Below, piece by piece: positions 11,014 through 20,558 of a DNA stretch of 64,000 nucleotides (within the stretch, counting starts at the first letter, position 1; the number at the start of each line of letters is the position of its first letter). This DNA is from Myxococcota bacterium (GTDB lineage: Bacteria > Myxococcota_A > Polyangia > Polyangiales > Houyiibacteriaceae). Position numbers and translations under genes: made by a program. The notes under the pieces are model-generated. The model searched no databases and was not told the origin of the DNA. It saw only the letters and a program-made list of their open reading frames with translations. The stretch spans positions 70,704 through 134,703 of the forward strand of contig JBCCEA010000008.1 of NCBI GenBank assembly GCA_039030515.1. Direction: 5' to 3'.

Positions 11014-12129
11014 CCGCACCGCAAAATCTGCTATAAACAGCAGTGAAAAAAGCGCATCCAGAGAGGAAACAGCACCATTAGACAGCGCCCTCGACTCCAC
11101 TTCACGAAAGCGAGTTAGGCGCTCTGCGGAGATTCCCGTACGAAGAGCCGCAAGCGCAGCCGCCTCTGCGGCGCGTGTTCCTGGAAAAGCTGTGGCCAAT
11201 CGGGATGACAACGCTCGAAAAGCCGAGCCGGATCGCCTCACAGCCCCCTGCCAGTCATGGGCGTCTACCATTGTCTCTACGTCGATGACTGCCAAGCGAG
11301 CATCGGGAGCATCGACCAAATGACTGAGGCTACGGGTGGGTGGTGGCGCTGCCTCTGGGGCTTCAGGCCGCTTTGCCAACGTGTCGACCACGTCGACCAA
11401 ATCCGCAAAAGACTGAACCACCGGGGTTGAATCGGGCTCTGGCAGTGAACTCGGCTCCGGCGGAGAAGACACCTCGACCTCTGGCAGCTCAGTCTCGGTA
11501 GTGACGGCTGGAACGGATTGGCTCGACTCTTGGCGCTTCAATAAGTTCTTACGCCGTAAATCGCGTAAAACATCGGTCGTGATCGCGGTCATCGCCTCCA
11601 TCACGCCCACGCCCTTGGTGGCCACCGTCTCGAAGGAGGGCGCTTGGTAGTGGTTCAAAGCCGACTCTAGTTCGCCCACCGAGGTGGTGTTGTTCATATC
11701 GCGCTTATTCCACTGGAATATCAGAGGCACTTCCGAAAGCAGCAATCCCTGCTCGCGAATATTTTCCTCGAGATTCTCAAGACTCTCTAGATTCGCTTCA
11801 AATCGACTTGCTTGCGAGTCGGCTACAAAAACAACGCCATCCGATCCGGTAAGCACCAACTTTCGAGTCGAGTTGTAATGAACCTGGCCCGGAACGGTGT
11901 AGAGCTGCATTCTTACGGAAAAGCCACCAAACTTCGGTAGCTTGATCGGCAAAAAATCGAAGTAAAGGGTGCGGTCGGCTCCAGTGGCCAGAGAGACCAG
12001 TTGTCCACGGGACTCAGGCTTTAGGCAGTGGTGGATGAACTGCAGGGAGCTGGTTTTGCCCCCAAGACCAGGACCGTAGTAGACGACCTTGATCGCCACC
12101 TCGCGCTTGAACGCGTTGACGACCGACAC
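10990..12129 (-). CDS. MglA-family small GTPase with ~180-aa C-terminal extension
   Basis: KVVYYGPGLGGKT, DRTLYFDFLP, LYTVPGQ, DGVVFVADS, NKRD. Confidence 0.88.
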   Translation of the reverse strand: MSVVNAFKREVAIKVVYYGPGLGGKTSSLQFIHHCLKPESRGQLVSLATGADRTLYFDFLPIKLPKFGGFSVRMQLYTVPGQVHYNSTRKLVLTGSDGVVFVADSQASRFEANLESLENLEENIREQGLLLSEVPLIFQWNKRDMNNTTSVGELESALNHYQAPSFETVATKGVGVMEAMTAITTDVLRDLRRKNLLKRQESSQSVPAVTTETELPEVEVSSPPEPSSLPEPDSTPVVQSFADLVDVVDTLAKRPEAPEAAPPPTRSLSHLVDAPDARLAVIDVETMVDAHDWQGAVRRSGSAFRALSSRLATAFPGTRAAEAAALAALRTGISAERLTRFREVESRALSNGAVSSLDALFSLLFIADFAVRLEELERR

Positions 12130-12181
12130 GCTTTTTAGCGTACCACGAGGAAGTCATTGCTGAACTGAAAAACTCATCTTG

Positions 12182-13300
12182 TCACTGGCTGAACGAAACC
12201 AAGCCTACATGATGCAATTTCTTTAATGTTCTGAGGGTTTCAAGCTCGCTAAGGGGGGTCATCACCGTAAGCGTGCTGACATCACGTATCCCGTCGATCC
12301 GGGAGAGCAAAAACTGCTCACGAGGGGTGATGGTCAGGGAATGAAGCGATCGGAACGCCATTCGCGCTTGCGGAACTCTATGCGGAGCGAACTGTGCGTA
12401 AAGCTCGCGAAGATGCTCCTCCTTGGCGCGTCGCAGTAAAGATCGTGCCCCCTGATGAAAAGGATCGAGATCCAAGGCACTTCGCACGAGCGAGGCAGCT
12501 TCATCGAACTGCGCCGCATCAAACATCGTCGTCGCCGTAACCACGAGCATATCGACTGGGCTGCGTTCCTCGTCGTTGCCGATCACTTCCGGAGCTACGT
12601 CGACACCAACCAGTCCATTTCGCCAGGCGCGATAGAGCTGCTCCATGATCTCCACCCGACTGTGTGGAATCCGGAGGCATAGATCACCAAGGGTAAGAGG
12701 CTCTCCGGCATCGAAAAGCACATCAAGAATGGCCATCTTGGGAGCACGACCGAGAGCGTATACCAAGGTATAATCCGTTGGAAGCAGCTCTCGAACGCGC
12801 TGCCACTCATCTAGGCGCTGCATGCCTTCCATCAGTATCTCACGGACTTCAAAGTGTGGTTCAAGCCGGCGCGTCGGCGTAAGATCGCCAAGTAGGGATG
12901 CCTCAGCATCCTCAGAAAAGATAAAGCGTCCTTCATGCCAAAAGAAAAGCTGCATGATGCAAGACTTCGCCTGATCACGCACTGCTGAGGCAATATCCTC
13001 TATGGAGAATAAATTCTCATCGAGAAGATATTCACGCAGAGTCCGGCCACTTTGAGCCGCTTCACTACTCAGCACATCCAAACGCTCGTCATCAAGAAGT
13101 TCCGACCGCAGCAGCGCCCGACCCAAATCGACAACTCTCGCATCATCGCTGGCGATACCGCTCACGGCACCTTCATCAAATCGCAGGTACCGCTCCTCAA
13201 ACTCGAGAACAAGGGTGAGCGTGCCGGTCTTTCGCGACTCACCCAGCCACTGCAGGAGATCGACAAGTGGCATGGTAGTGAAGGTCCCGGAGAGGCCCAT
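12182..13300 (-). CDS. DUF4388 (PatA N-terminal-like) domain protein with a TPR-like helix pair
   Basis: N-terminus LSGTFTTMPLVDLLQWLGESRKTGTL; W-x-EG-x-F; ILMEGMQRLDEW; C-terminal FLLSRIDG motif typical of myxobacterial DUF4388 proteins. Confidence 0.8.
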   Translation of the reverse strand: MGLSGTFTTMPLVDLLQWLGESRKTGTLTLVLEFEERYLRFDEGAVSGIASDDARVVDLGRALLRSELLDDERLDVLSSEAAQSGRTLREYLLDENLFSIEDIASAVRDQAKSCIMQLFFWHEGRFIFSEDAEASLLGDLTPTRRLEPHFEVREILMEGMQRLDEWQRVRELLPTDYTLVYALGRAPKMAILDVLFDAGEPLTLGDLCLRIPHSRVEIMEQLYRAWRNGLVGVDVAPEVIGNDEERSPVDMLVVTATTMFDAAQFDEAASLVRSALDLDPFHQGARSLLRRAKEEHLRELYAQFAPHRVPQARMAFRSLHSLTITPREQFLLSRIDGIRDVSTLTVMTPLSELETLRTLKKLHHVGLVSFSQ

Positions 13301-13420
13301 AACTTAACATAGTAACGCAAACCCGGAAAAATCGAGTTCCGGAAACGCATCTTTACTCGACAACGAGCCACTCGCTGAAATTGGCACGCTGCCTCAAGCC
13401 TCTAAGCCTGCGCGGCATCG

Positions 13421-16400
13421 CTAAGCTGCCGACGCCCCTTGATCCCGAGCATCTGGTTCGTACCCCAGATTCGGACCGAGCCACTGCTCAGTCTCTTCCA
13501 CACTCATGCCTACTCGGGAAGCATAGTCTTCGACTTGCTCACGATCGACTCTTCCTACGCTAAAGTATCTGGCCTTTGGATGCGCGAAGTACAACCCACT
13601 CACGCTCGCTGCCGGAAACATCGAATACTGCTCCGTAAGTGAAATGCCTACGTTCTCGGCCTGGAGTAGGTCGAAGAGTCGTCCTTTGAGCGTATGGTCG
13701 GGACAGGCCGGATAACCGAACGCTGGACGAATGCCTCGGTACGTCTCGGCAATAAGCTCCTCGTTACTGTATGTCTCTTCTTCGTAACCCCAAAGGCGGC
13801 GTACTTTTTGGTGCAGACACTCGGCAAAAGCCTCCGCAAGTCGATCGGCAAGCGCCTTAACCATGATCGCACGGTAGTCGTCGTGGTCGGACTCAAACCG
13901 CCGGGCGATGGCTTCTAACCCAAGACCTGCGGTGACGGCGAACGCTCCGAGGTAGTCCGGTCGGCCGCTAGACTTGGGCGCCACGAAATCGCTGAGAGAA
14001 CGGTAGGGCTCTTCATCGCGATGAATCGACTGCTGCCTAAGCATCGGAAAACGCAGTCTCTCTCGAGATCTAGAATCGTCTTCCCATACGATGATGTCGT
14101 CTCCGTCTGAGTTCGCCGGATAGAAACCATAAACTCCTGCGTGCTTTAAGCTCCCCTCATCGAGCAGTTCATCCAACATCACATTGGCATGTTCAAATAG
14201 CTCCTTGGCCGCCGCGCCATATTTCTCACTTTCAAATATCTTTGGGTACCGGCCTTTCAGATCCCATGCCGAAAAAAAGAACGTCCAATCGATAAACGTA
14301 CGCAGTTCACTTAGCGACACATGCTCGACCTGTCTTGTGCCCAAGAAAGACGGAGTCGGGATGTCACAACTCACCCACTCGGTCTCAAAAGCGTTCTTCC
14401 GAGAAATCTGCAGAGGCAGCAGCGGCCGGCTTTGGCGATATCGAAAAAGCTCACGGATTCGCGACTGATCCTCGCGGTTTTTATCGTCAAATGCAGCACG
14501 ACGCTTGTCATCAAGAAGACTCGACACCACGTTGACAACCCGAGAGGCATCGAGAACGTGCACGGTGCTCGACTCGTATTGAGGCGCGATCTTTACTGCT
14601 GTGTGTTGCCGTGAAGTCGTGGCACCCCCGATCAGCAGGGGCACGTCGAAACCTTGACGCTGCATTTCCTTAGCCACATGCACCATCTCATCGAGCGAAG
14701 GCGTGATCAGCCCAGACAGCCCAACAACATCACATTCGTGCTCTTTGGCCGCGCGTAGAATCTGATCGGCAGGCACCATGACACCCAAATCGATCACCTC
14801 ATAGTTGTTGCATCCGAGCACCACGCCGACGATGTTTTTTCCTATATCATGCACATCGCCTTTTACGGTCGCTAGCAGTATCTTGGCTTGAGAGCTGGTA
14901 CCACCCTCCTTGTCGGAAGCCATGAATGGCTCCAAATGAGCCACAGATTTTTTCATCACCCGAGCACTCTTGACTACCTGGGGGAGAAACATTTTTCCGG
15001 AGCCAAAAAGATCTCCGACAACCTTCATGCCCTCCATCAACGGCCCTTCAATTACAGAAAGAGGTTTCTTGTACTTAAGACGAGCCTCTTCTGTGTCTTC
15101 GATAACGAAATCAACGATGCCGTGAACCAACGCATGACCTAGCCGAGCATCAACATCTTGCTCTCGCCAGGTAAGATCAATCGTATTCTTTTTACCCGAG
15201 CCTCGTACCGTATCGGCAAAAGATACCAACCTCTCGGTTGCGTCTTCACGACGATTGAACAGTACGTCTTCTACCCGCTCCAGAAGGTCCTTGGGTATAT
15301 CGTCATAAACCTCAAGCTGACCCGCATTGACAATTCCCATGTCCATGCCTGCACGAATCGCGTGATAGAGAAATGCCGAATGCATCGCTTCGCGGACCGC
15401 ATTGTTGCCCCGAAAAGAAAACGATAGGTTACTCACTCCGCCGCTGACCCTTGCGTGCGGGCAACTCGTTTTGATTTCTCGAGTCGCTTCGATAAACGCG
15501 ATAGCATATTCGTTGTGCTCTTCGATCCCAGTTGCTACGGCAAATATATTTGGATCGAAAATAATATCGCCAGGAGCAAAACCCACTTCGTCAACGAGTA
15601 GGCGATAGGCCCTCTGACAAATCGTCACCTTTCGCTCAAAGGTATCGGCCTGACCCTGCTCATCAAAAGCCATCACCACAACAGCAGCGCCGTAACTCCG
15701 AGCAAGGCGGGCGCGCTCCAGAAACTCATCTTCGCCTTCTTTAAGGCTGATGGAATTGACGATAGACTTGCCCTGTACGCACTTCAGACCAGCTTCGATT
15801 ACGGACCATTTACTGCTGTCGATCATGATCGGAACCCGGGCGATTTCCGGTTCTGAAGCGATCAGCTTGAGGAATCGATCCATAGCCATTTCGGAATCGA
15901 GCATTCCTTCATCCATGTTGACGTCGAGAATGTTCGCTCCGTTCCGGACTTGCTGCAGGGCCACGCTCAGCGCTTCGCTGTAGTCACCTTCTGTGATAAG
16001 ACGCGCAAACTTACGAGACCCGGTGACGTTGGTACGTTCACCTATCATGAGAAAGTTTGTCTCAGAACGTATCGTCAGTGGCTCTAGACCACTGTAGGTG
16101 GAGCGCGTATCCACATCGGGTAAGGGACGAGGCGCGAGACCCGAAACCCCCTCCGCGATCGACTGGATATGGGCGGGGGTTGTCCCGCAGCATCCACCGA
16201 CGATATTGACGAACGAGTCCTTCGCGAAGTCCTTCAGGAAGCCGCCCGTCGTTTCCGGTGCTTCATCGTATTCGCCCATGGCGTTCGGAAGCCCCGCATT
16301 CGGATAGCAACTCACATAGGTCGGAGCTACGTTTGAGAGCGCTTCCACAAAAGGGCGCATTTCTTGAGCACCGAGTGCGCAGTTGATGCCTACGCTAAGG

Positions 16401-17119
16401 GGTCGCGCGTGGGCGACCGACGCCCAAAATGCCTCTACCGTCTGTCCCGACAGGGTTCGTCCACTGCGATCGGTGATAGTTACAGAGATCATCACCGGAG
16501 TAGACGCGCCTCGAGATTGAAGAACATCTTCGATCGCAAGCAGTGCTGCCTTAGCATTGAGCGTATCAAAAATAGTCTCAAGCAAGAGCAAATCTACTCC
16601 GCCATCAAGGAGACCATGAACTTGCTCTGAATACGCATCCTTCACCTCGTCAAAGGTCACCGCGCGGTATGCAGGGTCGTTCACATCGGGAGAGATGCTA
16701 AGCGTCCGATTGGTCGGACCTATGGCCCCGGCTACAAACCGCGGTTTGTCGGGCGTGCGATCACTCCACTCGGTCGCTGCCGACTTCGCAAGCTGTGCCG
16801 CAGCGAGATTCAGATCGTAGACGGCCGATTCTAGAGCGTAGTCAGCCTGGGAAATCGAAGTGCTATTGAACGTATTGGTTTCGATGATATCCGCTCCGGC
16901 GGAGAGAAACTGGCTGTGTATCTCGCGAACCACGTTCGGGCGCGTGAGTACGAGCAGATCATTGTTGCCTTTCAGTGGATGCGAGTGCGACTGAAAAGAC
17001 GATCCTCGGTAGTCGTTCTCATCCAGTTGAAAAGACTGGATCATGGTTCCCATCGCACCATCTACGACCAGAATGCGCTCTTTCAGCAGCCCTTCGATAT
17101 GGTCACGCGTCACGCTCAT
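13421..17119 (-). CDS. metH: Cobalamin-dependent methionine synthase
   Basis: [51 protein letters not shown]; start MSVTRD at 17119. Confidence 0.97.
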   Translation of the reverse strand: MSVTRDHIEGLLKERILVVDGAMGTMIQSFQLDENDYRGSSFQSHSHPLKGNNDLLVLTRPNVVREIHSQFLSAGADIIETNTFNSTSISQADYALESAVYDLNLAAAQLAKSAATEWSDRTPDKPRFVAGAIGPTNRTLSISPDVNDPAYRAVTFDEVKDAYSEQVHGLLDGGVDLLLLETIFDTLNAKAALLAIEDVLQSRGASTPVMISVTITDRSGRTLSGQTVEAFWASVAHARPLSVGINCALGAQEMRPFVEALSNVAPTYVSCYPNAGLPNAMGEYDEAPETTGGFLKDFAKDSFVNIVGGCCGTTPAHIQSIAEGVSGLAPRPLPDVDTRSTYSGLEPLTIRSETNFLMIGERTNVTGSRKFARLITEGDYSEALSVALQQVRNGANILDVNMDEGMLDSEMAMDRFLKLIASEPEIARVPIMIDSSKWSVIEAGLKCVQGKSIVNSISLKEGEDEFLERARLARSYGAAVVVMAFDEQGQADTFERKVTICQRAYRLLVDEVGFAPGDIIFDPNIFAVATGIEEHNEYAIAFIEATREIKTSCPHARVSGGVSNLSFSFRGNNAVREAMHSAFLYHAIRAGMDMGIVNAGQLEVYDDIPKDLLERVEDVLFNRREDATERLVSFADTVRGSGKKNTIDLTWREQDVDARLGHALVHGIVDFVIEDTEEARLKYKKPLSVIEGPLMEGMKVVGDLFGSGKMFLPQVVKSARVMKKSVAHLEPFMASDKEGGTSSQAKILLATVKGDVHDIGKNIVGVVLGCNNYEVIDLGVMVPADQILRAAKEHECDVVGLSGLITPSLDEMVHVAKEMQRQGFDVPLLIGGATTSRQHTAVKIAPQYESSTVHVLDASRVVNVVSSLLDDKRRAAFDDKNREDQSRIRELFRYRQSRPLLPLQISRKNAFETEWVSCDIPTPSFLGTRQVEHVSLSELRTFIDWTFFFSAWDLKGRYPKIFESEKYGAAAKELFEHANVMLDELLDEGSLKHAGVYGFYPANSDGDDIIVWEDDSRSRERLRFPMLRQQSIHRDEEPYRSLSDFVAPKSSGRPDYLGAFAVTAGLGLEAIARRFESDHDDYRAIMVKALADRLAEAFAECLHQKVRRLWGYEEETYSNEELIAETYRGIRPAFGYPACPDHTLKGRLFDLLQAENVGISLTEQYSMFPAASVSGLYFAHPKARYFSVGRVDREQVEDYASRVGMSVEETEQWLGPNLGYEPDARDQGASAA

Positions 17120-17352
17120 GCTGAGTTCTCTTTCTGACCGCCGACGCAGCCACCGCATACGGATAGGATTCTTTCGGCATGGCGTTCCTTCGGCCCTCAG
17201 TCCAATCCAGCTTCGTTTTATATGGAGCTATTTTTTCACGGCTTCCAGAGCCCGAGTCCCCCCTGATACGACAACAGTATCAAATCCGAGTTGGCTACCA
17301 CAATCTGGACCATGAATAGTATCAAAAAGAATACCAACAGGCTCTAAATGAA

Positions 17353-18486
17353 CTAAACTTCGGAGATAACGGCCCTACCGAGCACCAACCGCTGAATCTC
17401 GCTGGTGCCCTCGTAGATTCGCGTCACTCGAACATCTCGCACTCTTCGCGCAAAGTCTTCCGAATCTAAATTCATCAAAGACGCTATCTCTAAACACCGA
17501 TTGCAAACCAAAAAAGCGGATTCCGATGCATAGAGCTTGGCCATCGAGGCTTCCTTGGTATGCGGCGCTCCTTCTTCCTTCAGCGCGGCAGCACGAAGCG
17601 CAAGCAGAGTCGCAGCTTCTAGACTGCATTCGTTATCCGCGATGCGACATGCCACGCCCTGCGGCACATCTTGCTGCCGAAGCATGGTCTTGATAAGCGT
17701 CTGGGCACCTCGGGCGATGCCGATGGCCTGGGAGGCGATACCGATGCGCCCACCGTCAAGAGCCATCATCGCCACCGAAAACCCGGACCCAAGACCGCCC
17801 AGCAAGGCTTCATCAGGCACGTGCACCTCGTCGAACGTAAGCGAGACCGTATGTGAGGCGCGCAGCCCCATTTTTTGCTCATTCTTTAGTACTGAGAGTC
17901 CTGGAGCTCCTCGTTCGACGAGAAAACAAGACAAACCCTTGGTGCCGGGTGCTCCCGTGCGGGCCCAAACCACGAGCACCTCGGCGGTGTCTCCATGGGT
18001 GATCCACTGCTTGGAGCCCTGCAGCAGCCAACCATGTGCCCCCCGATCGGCTCGGGTTTGCATCGCAGACGGATCACTACCTGCAGACACTTCGCTGAGG
18101 GCAAACGCACCGAGTGCTCCCGCGGCGAGTCTGGGGCAGTAACGGGCTCTTTGGTCACTGGAGCCAAAACGCGCGATCACCTCACCGACCATATTGGTCA
18201 CCGCCATAGAGACCGCGGTGGCTGCGCATGCCGCACCGATTTCAATCATCGCATGACAGTACGCGCGAACCCCCATCTCAGAGCCGCCGCAGTCCCGAGG
18301 AACATTCACGGCCATCAGGCCTCGCTCACCGAGATGACGAAACACGTCTGGGTCGATTTCACCTCGCCCTTCAAAAACGCTCGCTTGATGCTGCAACACG
18401 GAACTTGCGATCGAAGCTGCAGCGTCTCGAACCGTGCGTTCCGGTTCACTGAGGCTCGTCGTCATACGGTCTCCTTGGTCGTCCAT
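17353..18486 (-). CDS. Acyl-CoA dehydrogenase (degenerate C-terminal FAD-contact motifs)
   Basis: FALSEVSAGSD, GSKQWITHG, LDGGRIGIA, RIYEGTSEIQR. Confidence 0.88.
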   Translation of the reverse strand: MDDQGDRMTTSLSEPERTVRDAAASIASSVLQHQASVFEGRGEIDPDVFRHLGERGLMAVNVPRDCGGSEMGVRAYCHAMIEIGAACAATAVSMAVTNMVGEVIARFGSSDQRARYCPRLAAGALGAFALSEVSAGSDPSAMQTRADRGAHGWLLQGSKQWITHGDTAEVLVVWARTGAPGTKGLSCFLVERGAPGLSVLKNEQKMGLRASHTVSLTFDEVHVPDEALLGGLGSGFSVAMMALDGGRIGIASQAIGIARGAQTLIKTMLRQQDVPQGVACRIADNECSLEAATLLALRAAALKEEGAPHTKEASMAKLYASESAFLVCNRCLEIASLMNLDSEDFARRVRDVRVTRIYEGTSEIQRLVLGRAVISEV

Positions 18487-18499
18487 ACGCTCCAGTGAG

Positions 18500-19228
18500 T
18501 CATTGCAGCGTGAAAGAAACTTTTGCAGGATAGCTGCCTGGATCGGGCATCGGCCACGCTTGGATCGAATCGATCACGCAATCGATCTTCGCTGCGGTAT
18601 CCACACTAGCAGCAGAGGCACCTGCTGCTAGGAGCTCACCTCCAGGACTCACGTAGACGGTGATGCGCCAGATAGGCGCTACTAGATCCGGCCCGCAGTG
18701 AGAGACGAGCGCTGCAGAATGCTCCGAGATCACTCCGGAGAGTCGCGCTTCATTCCACGGAAACGGTGGACGAATCTCCTCTTGAGGATCGATAGCTAAA
18801 GGCAGGGAAAATTCGGCCTCACCCCCTCGAGGCCGTGAAAAATGCACCCGGCGCGCTCGCTCCAGCAAACATCGCTCTGCAACCCGATCACCGATATCGC
18901 TGACGGCTGGATACACCCACCGAACCCGACCCTCGACACTCACTCGAAATACCAACTGAATTGCTCCACTCAGGAATTCAACGCTGCGATAGCGATCGGT
19001 AAAGCATTCGAGGAAGGCCCCCATCTTCGGCCGCAGCGCCCTCGAAATCTCATCTTGGGAAAGCGTGCCCAAAAGCCCTTCCGACTCGAAGTCCTCTTCG
19101 CGATTTGACCCCGCTTCACCATGACTCGAGGACTCCGGCACTCGGGACAGCTCCAGTGAAGCAGCTGAAGCACAACCTGCAGCACAAACGGCAAACGCGA
19201 AGAGAGAGGACAGCGTGAGGCGCGGCAA
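18500..19228 (-). CDS. Lipoprotein with AgmX/PglI-type TonB C-terminal-like domain
   Basis: Lipobox-like AAGC; GTLSQDEI...ECF...LSGAIQLVFRVSVEGRV...CL...FSRPRGG; a second degenerate copy at the C-terminus. Confidence 0.7.
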   Translation of the reverse strand: MPRLTLSSLFAFAVCAAGCASAASLELSRVPESSSHGEAGSNREEDFESEGLLGTLSQDEISRALRPKMGAFLECFTDRYRSVEFLSGAIQLVFRVSVEGRVRWVYPAVSDIGDRVAERCLLERARRVHFSRPRGGEAEFSLPLAIDPQEEIRPPFPWNEARLSGVISEHSAALVSHCGPDLVAPIWRITVYVSPGGELLAAGASAASVDTAAKIDCVIDSIQAWPMPDPGSYPAKVSFTLQ

Positions 19229-19231
19229 GAC

Positions 19232-20392
19232 TCACTCCCTAAGGACGGAGCTGGAGATAACGATGCGCATGATCTCACTTGTGCCTTCATAGATCTCGGT
19301 AATGCGTGCATCTCGATAGTGTCGTTCCATGTCATATTCCCTGGAGTAACCGTAGCCTCCAAATACCTGTAAGGCTTGATGTGTGACGCGAGTAGAGGTC
19401 TCTGAGGCGAGAAGTTTCGCCATGGCAGCCTCCTTCGAGTACCGCAGACTCTGATTCTGAACTGCCAGGTCTTTTCGCATGGCTGCTCGATGGGTGAGCA
19501 GCCTCGATGCGTCTATTTCAGTCGCCATGTTTGCGAGTTTGAACTGAATCGCCTGTTTGGATGCTAGGGGCTCTCCAAAGGCAGACCGCTCCTTACTGTA
19601 GGCAACCGCCTTTTCAAACGCTGCACGGGCAATGCCTACGGCCTGAGCCGCGATACCTATTCTGCCGCCATCGAGTGCCGACATCGCGATCTTAAATCCC
19701 ATCCCCTCCTCGCCGAGTTGCTGCTGCACTGGAATACGGCAATTTTCGAAGAATATCGTGCATGATTGGGCCGCGTGAATGCCCATCTTTTCATCGGGTG
19801 GTTGCGGATTGAAGCCCGGTGTTCCCTTGGTGACCAGAAGCGCGGTGGTGCCTTTCGAACCGCGTGATCGGTCCGTGACGGCGAAGAAGATCATGACGTC
19901 CGCGACCGGACCATTGGTAATCCAGTTCTTACTGCCGTTGACGATCCAATAGTCGCCGTCTTTTTCCGCTACTGTTTCCATGCGTGAAGCGTCTGAACCG
20001 CTGGACGGCTCTGTCAGACCGAAACAGCCCAGGGTCTTGCCAGAAGCAAGTGGGATCAAAAACTCCTTCCTTTGGGCGTCCGAGCCAAAATGAAGCAGCG
20101 GATCACACGCTAAAGAGTTGTTGACGGAGAGAATGACCCCGGTTGAAGCACAGGCTCGACTCACCTCCTCTACCGCCAAGGCGTAACTCAAATTGTCGGC
20201 ACCCGCGCCTCCGTATGCTTCTGGAATCGCGACCCCCATCAAACCCAGCTCCCCCATTTGTGAGACGAGTTCGGTAGGCCATCTCCCCGATCGATCGAGT
20301 TCTCTAGCTTTTTTAGCTACTTCTGCCTCGGCAAAGTCGCGCGCGGTCTTCTGGATCAGTTGTTGTTCTTCGCTGAGCTTGAAATCCATCAA
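19232..20392 (-). CDS. Acyl-CoA dehydrogenase (short-chain/butyryl-CoA type)
   Basis: FGLTEPSSGSDA, NGSKNWITNG, ERSAFG, QVFGGYGY, IYEGTSEI. Confidence 0.93.
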   Translation of the reverse strand: MMDFKLSEEQQLIQKTARDFAEAEVAKKARELDRSGRWPTELVSQMGELGLMGVAIPEAYGGAGADNLSYALAVEEVSRACASTGVILSVNNSLACDPLLHFGSDAQRKEFLIPLASGKTLGCFGLTEPSSGSDASRMETVAEKDGDYWIVNGSKNWITNGPVADVMIFFAVTDRSRGSKGTTALLVTKGTPGFNPQPPDEKMGIHAAQSCTIFFENCRIPVQQQLGEEGMGFKIAMSALDGGRIGIAAQAVGIARAAFEKAVAYSKERSAFGEPLASKQAIQFKLANMATEIDASRLLTHRAAMRKDLAVQNQSLRYSKEAAMAKLLASETSTRVTHQALQVFGGYGYSREYDMERHYRDARITEIYEGTSEIMRIVISSSVLRE

Positions 20393-20558
20393 AGGTTCCT
20401 TTCCATCTGTCGGTCACGACCGATGGGAGCCGCAGCCACCAAACGACGAAGTCGGTTTCCCACCCGTAAACTTCTCTCATCACCTCATCCAAACAGAAGC
20501 ACGGGCAAGAGTCCACCGAGGTCCTCAGATGGATGAAGTATCGCCGAACGTTGCGGGA

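Noticed and set aside
17120..17352. SAM, SAH or cobalamin riboswitch upstream of metH
   Set aside because: I could not match the consensus elements of any of these by eye; an Infernal/Rfam scan would be decisive.
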